A DNA stretch of 39,382 nucleotides. Source: Octopus bimaculoides. Lineage: Eukaryota. Made by a program: the position numbers and the translations under genes. The DNA is taken from the NCBI RefSeq assembly GCF_001194135.2, contig NC_068990.1:67708434-67747815 (forward strand), read 5' to 3'. This document shows positions 36,327 through 39,382 of the stretch, in pieces. Within the stretch, counting starts at the first letter, position 1, and every line of letters begins with the position of its first letter. Under the pieces are notes generated by a model. It ran no database searches. It was given only the letters and a program-made list of their open reading frames with translations, and was not told the DNA's origin.

Positions 36327-36537
36327 TACATCTTTTCTATTATAGGCACCAGGTCTGAAATTTGGGGACAGTTGATTACATCGACCCCAGGGCTCAATTG
36401 ATATTTATTTCATTGATCCCAAAAGGATGAAAGGCAAAGTTGACCTTGGCAGAATTTGAACTCAGAATGTAAATACAGATAAAATACCACTAAACATTTT
36501 GTCTGTTGTATAAACAATTCTGCCAGCTCGCCACCTT
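35455..36537 (-). mobile_element. Head-to-tail array of about 5 SINE family B copies (two near full length: 36064-36280 and 36326-36537)
   Basis: All copies are in the same orientation and separated by (AAT)n tracts; partial copies at about 35455-35590, 35620-35757 and 35927-36050, with a short RTE tail at about 35780-35882 in between. Confidence 0.82.
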
Positions 36538-37024
36538 AATGATAATAATAATAAAAACAACAACAACAACAATATTTTTTATTATGAAAACAATATCGTC
36601 ATCAACATCATTACTACTACTACTACCTTCACAGACAAGTGTAAAAAATGATGCAGTGAATATTTTTTAATATATGGAATCAGCTACAGACCTCATTCTC
36701 GAAAATAGAACAAAGAAAAAAAGTTGCCCCTAAGCTTGACTTTTCCATCTCATTGATAATGGCTGTCAAAAAACGTGTGATAGTTATCTGTGGAACTGGT
36801 TATTTTCTGGCTTGCTAATAATCTCTTCTTTTATACATGGCCTGTTTTCCAGAGAATTTGTTTAGAATAGAATAGCCAAGATTAGAATGAAAAGATTAAA
36901 AAGAAGTTGTGTCTTTATTTGTTTGTTCATGATATTTATTCACTACCAGTTCTGGTTTTATTTTGAATAATTTTAGTTTCACTATGAGCTACATTTTCAA
37001 TTTGAATAATTTTATGGAACAACT

Positions 37025-37085
<61 letters not shown>

Positions 37086-37704
37086 AAAAGAAAGGGGAGA
37101 GAGAGGGGGCAAGACAGACTGAAGAATTAAACTATAAATAACTTTATGTGTCATAGATTTATGCATACAGGCATGTGTGTCTTCTTGTCTAGGCATCACG
37201 TGATAGTTGTAAAATAGGGATATCATCATGTTCTACTTTTCCAATCATCCATGGAAACATGTCTGGCTTGGGGACATATTACCTTACATGGAAATGGGTA
37301 AAGATTGGAAAAACTGACCATCCCATGCAAACATGGAAAAGCAGACATTAAAACAATGATGATGATGATGATGATGTATATCAAGTTCTGTTTTTCTTTT
37401 CTTTCTTTTCTTTTTGTTGTTAAAAGACAGTGGGTGTAGAATGAGAGTTAATAAACTGTAATATTTTGGACACATTATATAGCAGATCCCTTAAAGAAAT
37501 CGAGATTTTCTGGCATGCATGATAACACCTGTCACCATCTCTGATCTCGGTGTAGGACCTAGTGAAATCTAGCATCCTCTATAACAAACCATTTGGCAAA
37601 AACTGGTATTACTATTATTGAACTGTGGAAACCTGGCTCTACCTCTGTTTACACCACCTGTCTTCGTCTGTTGCTTTTTGCGTAAATTCTCCCATATAAA
37701 TATA

Positions 37705-37757
<53 letters not shown>

Positions 37758-37759
<2 letters not shown>

Positions 37760-38192
37760 GCTTATTTACCCATCCATTATGATAATATGGCTGTTGTCCA
37801 TTGTTTCAAATACACTTTAGCATTGTGGTTCTAGCCTGTTTTAAACAACCACATATGATTCGTCCCAAATAAGAGTTTTTCTATCACTAGCAAAAGCTAT
37901 ATGTATGTTTGTATATGTATCCATTATAAGCTAACAAAAGCCCCTTTAGTCTGTCTCCCCACATAGCCTACGCATAAAGCAACAGCAAATGCCACATAAA
38001 GTGAAATTGGTATGGAGCTTTCTGAAAGATACATATAGCTTTTGCTAGTGATAGAAAAACTCTTATATAAAGGTTGATTCTTTGGGACGAATCATATGTG
38101 ATTGCTTAGAATAGGCTTGAACCGCAATGTTAAAATGTATTTGAAACAATGGAGAAGAGTCAAATTATCATAATGGATGGGTAAATAAGCAT
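37758..38192. mobile_element. Foldback/MITE-like element with approximately 150-bp inverted arms
   Basis: The left arm 37758-37906 (atgcttatttacccatccattatgataat...gctatatgtat) is the reverse complement of the right arm 38029-38192, which carries an extra 16 nt (tataaaggttgattct). Spacer 122 bp. Confidence 0.88.
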
Positions 38193-38219
38193 CCTTAAAG
38201 TGAAACAACGCATTGGTAG

Positions 38220-38936
38220 GTAAACAAGGGTATTAACAAATAGAAGCGCGGAAATGGAACATCACCTTTCAAGTAACTCAGAATGGGTAAAGGTAAGCCT
38301 GCCAAAGTTTAATGCAGCTTAAATATGAAGATTAAGAATGTTTGGTGTTGGATATTCATTGTGTACAGTGTTCCTAGTTAATTTAATCACTGTCAAAAAT
38401 ATTCTCTTATGCCAATATACGACAATATAGATTAAAAAAGTATGGAAGACACTACATACAAAAAAAAACTATGTACATACAAAAAATTTGCAAAATCTTT
38501 TAAATTAACATAAACATATATTTACATGAAAGAAAATTACTGGAGACATAACACGTGTTGTGCTAAAATTAACAGCTAAACAATATTTTTTTAGCGAAAT
38601 CTTATAAATTAACATAAACATTTAAATGCATGAAAACAAAAGGACAGCTTCCAAATCCTGTTTCCTGATTGGGTCACTGCGCAGGTGGACAGTCGAAGTA
38701 AATAAATAGACAAAGTCCTTTCACTTTTATAAAAAGAATAAAAAACTATGGAAGACTCTACATACAAAAATCTATGTCCATTTACACAGGAGTTCTGGGA
38801 AAAATGTTATAGTGCATGAACATCCGTGGGACATAAGTAATGTGTTTATAAAGTTTAGAGGAAATTGGTTGAGAACTGTGGAAATGTATGCATTAGTCGT
38901 TATACACACACATACTGCGATTTATATATACTAGAT
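38220..38936 (+). mobile_element. Possible non-autonomous Helitron/Helentron-like element
   Basis: Internal direct repeats (38437 vs 38740; 38493 vs 38598) and a 3' end aagtttagaggaaattggttgagaactgtgg...acacacacatac...tttatatataCTAGat resembling the microsatellite+CTAG ends of invertebrate non-autonomous helitrons. The 5' boundary is uncertain. Confidence 0.4.
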
Positions 38937-38990
38937 ATATGTATATATATGCATGTATGTGTGTGTGTTTGGGCATCTATTAATACATAC

Positions 38991-39234
38991 ATTAATTATT
39001 GAATGACAAGAGAATGGTAATTATGTAATCAATGTCATTAGCTTACAGCTGTTTCCACTATGAGAGCTGAGTGCTTGTATAACATATCGTAGGTTCCACA
39101 AAACCATTAAAATGAAGTTATATGATGTTGCATAAGCATTCAGCTCTGAGTACAGAGCTTCTCATGGCAGAAACAGCTGTAAGCTAATGAAAATGATTAT
39201 ATAATTACCATTCTCTTGCAATTCAATAATTAAT
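38991..39234. mobile_element. Foldback MITE with approximately 95-bp arms
   Basis: attaattattgaatgacaagagaatggtaattat...tcattagcttacagctgtttc...tgagagctgagtgcttgtataacat pairs with atgttgcataagcattcagctct...gaaacagctgtaagctaatga...ataattaccattctcttgcaattcaataattaat. Confidence 0.85.
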
Positions 39235-39382
39235 ATCTTTCTCTATACTCACCTAATGTTTTATATGTATATAAAGTTCTAACAACTGGTTATTAGTAAC
39301 ACTAAGACTAAGTGAAATCATAATGCATATATATATATATATATATATATATAAAGGTGGAAGCAGAGCAGAGGCTGGGAAC

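Noticed and set aside
35927-36537. Regularly recurring repeats that might suggest a CRISPR-like array
   Set aside because: The units are approximately 220-bp diverged SINE copies joined by (AAT)n, not short identical repeats with unique spacers; there are no cas genes and the context is eukaryotic.

Overview
This is AT-rich eukaryotic genomic DNA, dense in microsatellites, with six N-gaps from a draft assembly. The repeat families (GAT-tailed RTE LINE fragments, three tRNA-type SINE families, mariner derivatives) look like those of Octopus/coleoid cephalopods; that assignment is from recollection, not a database search. Only one host coding exon is well supported: a 198-nt phase 1-1 exon on the minus strand (659->462) encoding a complete sushi/CCP domain, most reminiscent of the sushi domain that follows the WAP domain in LEV-9-like proteins. 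The rest looks intronic or upstream and is filled with dead mobile elements: two 5'-truncated RTE LINEs (one retains a PHD-like C4HC3 finger inside the RT region), many RTE 3'-tail fragments, a decayed mariner transposase, a mariner MITE, SINEs including a head-to-tail array, Penelope-like remnants (one with a degenerate hammerhead-like motif) and several foldback/hairpin elements. Almost all other ORFs in the track are microsatellite, gap or antisense artefacts. I found no CRISPR array, rRNA, intact tRNA or convincing new multi-gene system. The findings below are leads, mostly about transposon biology and RNA structure.
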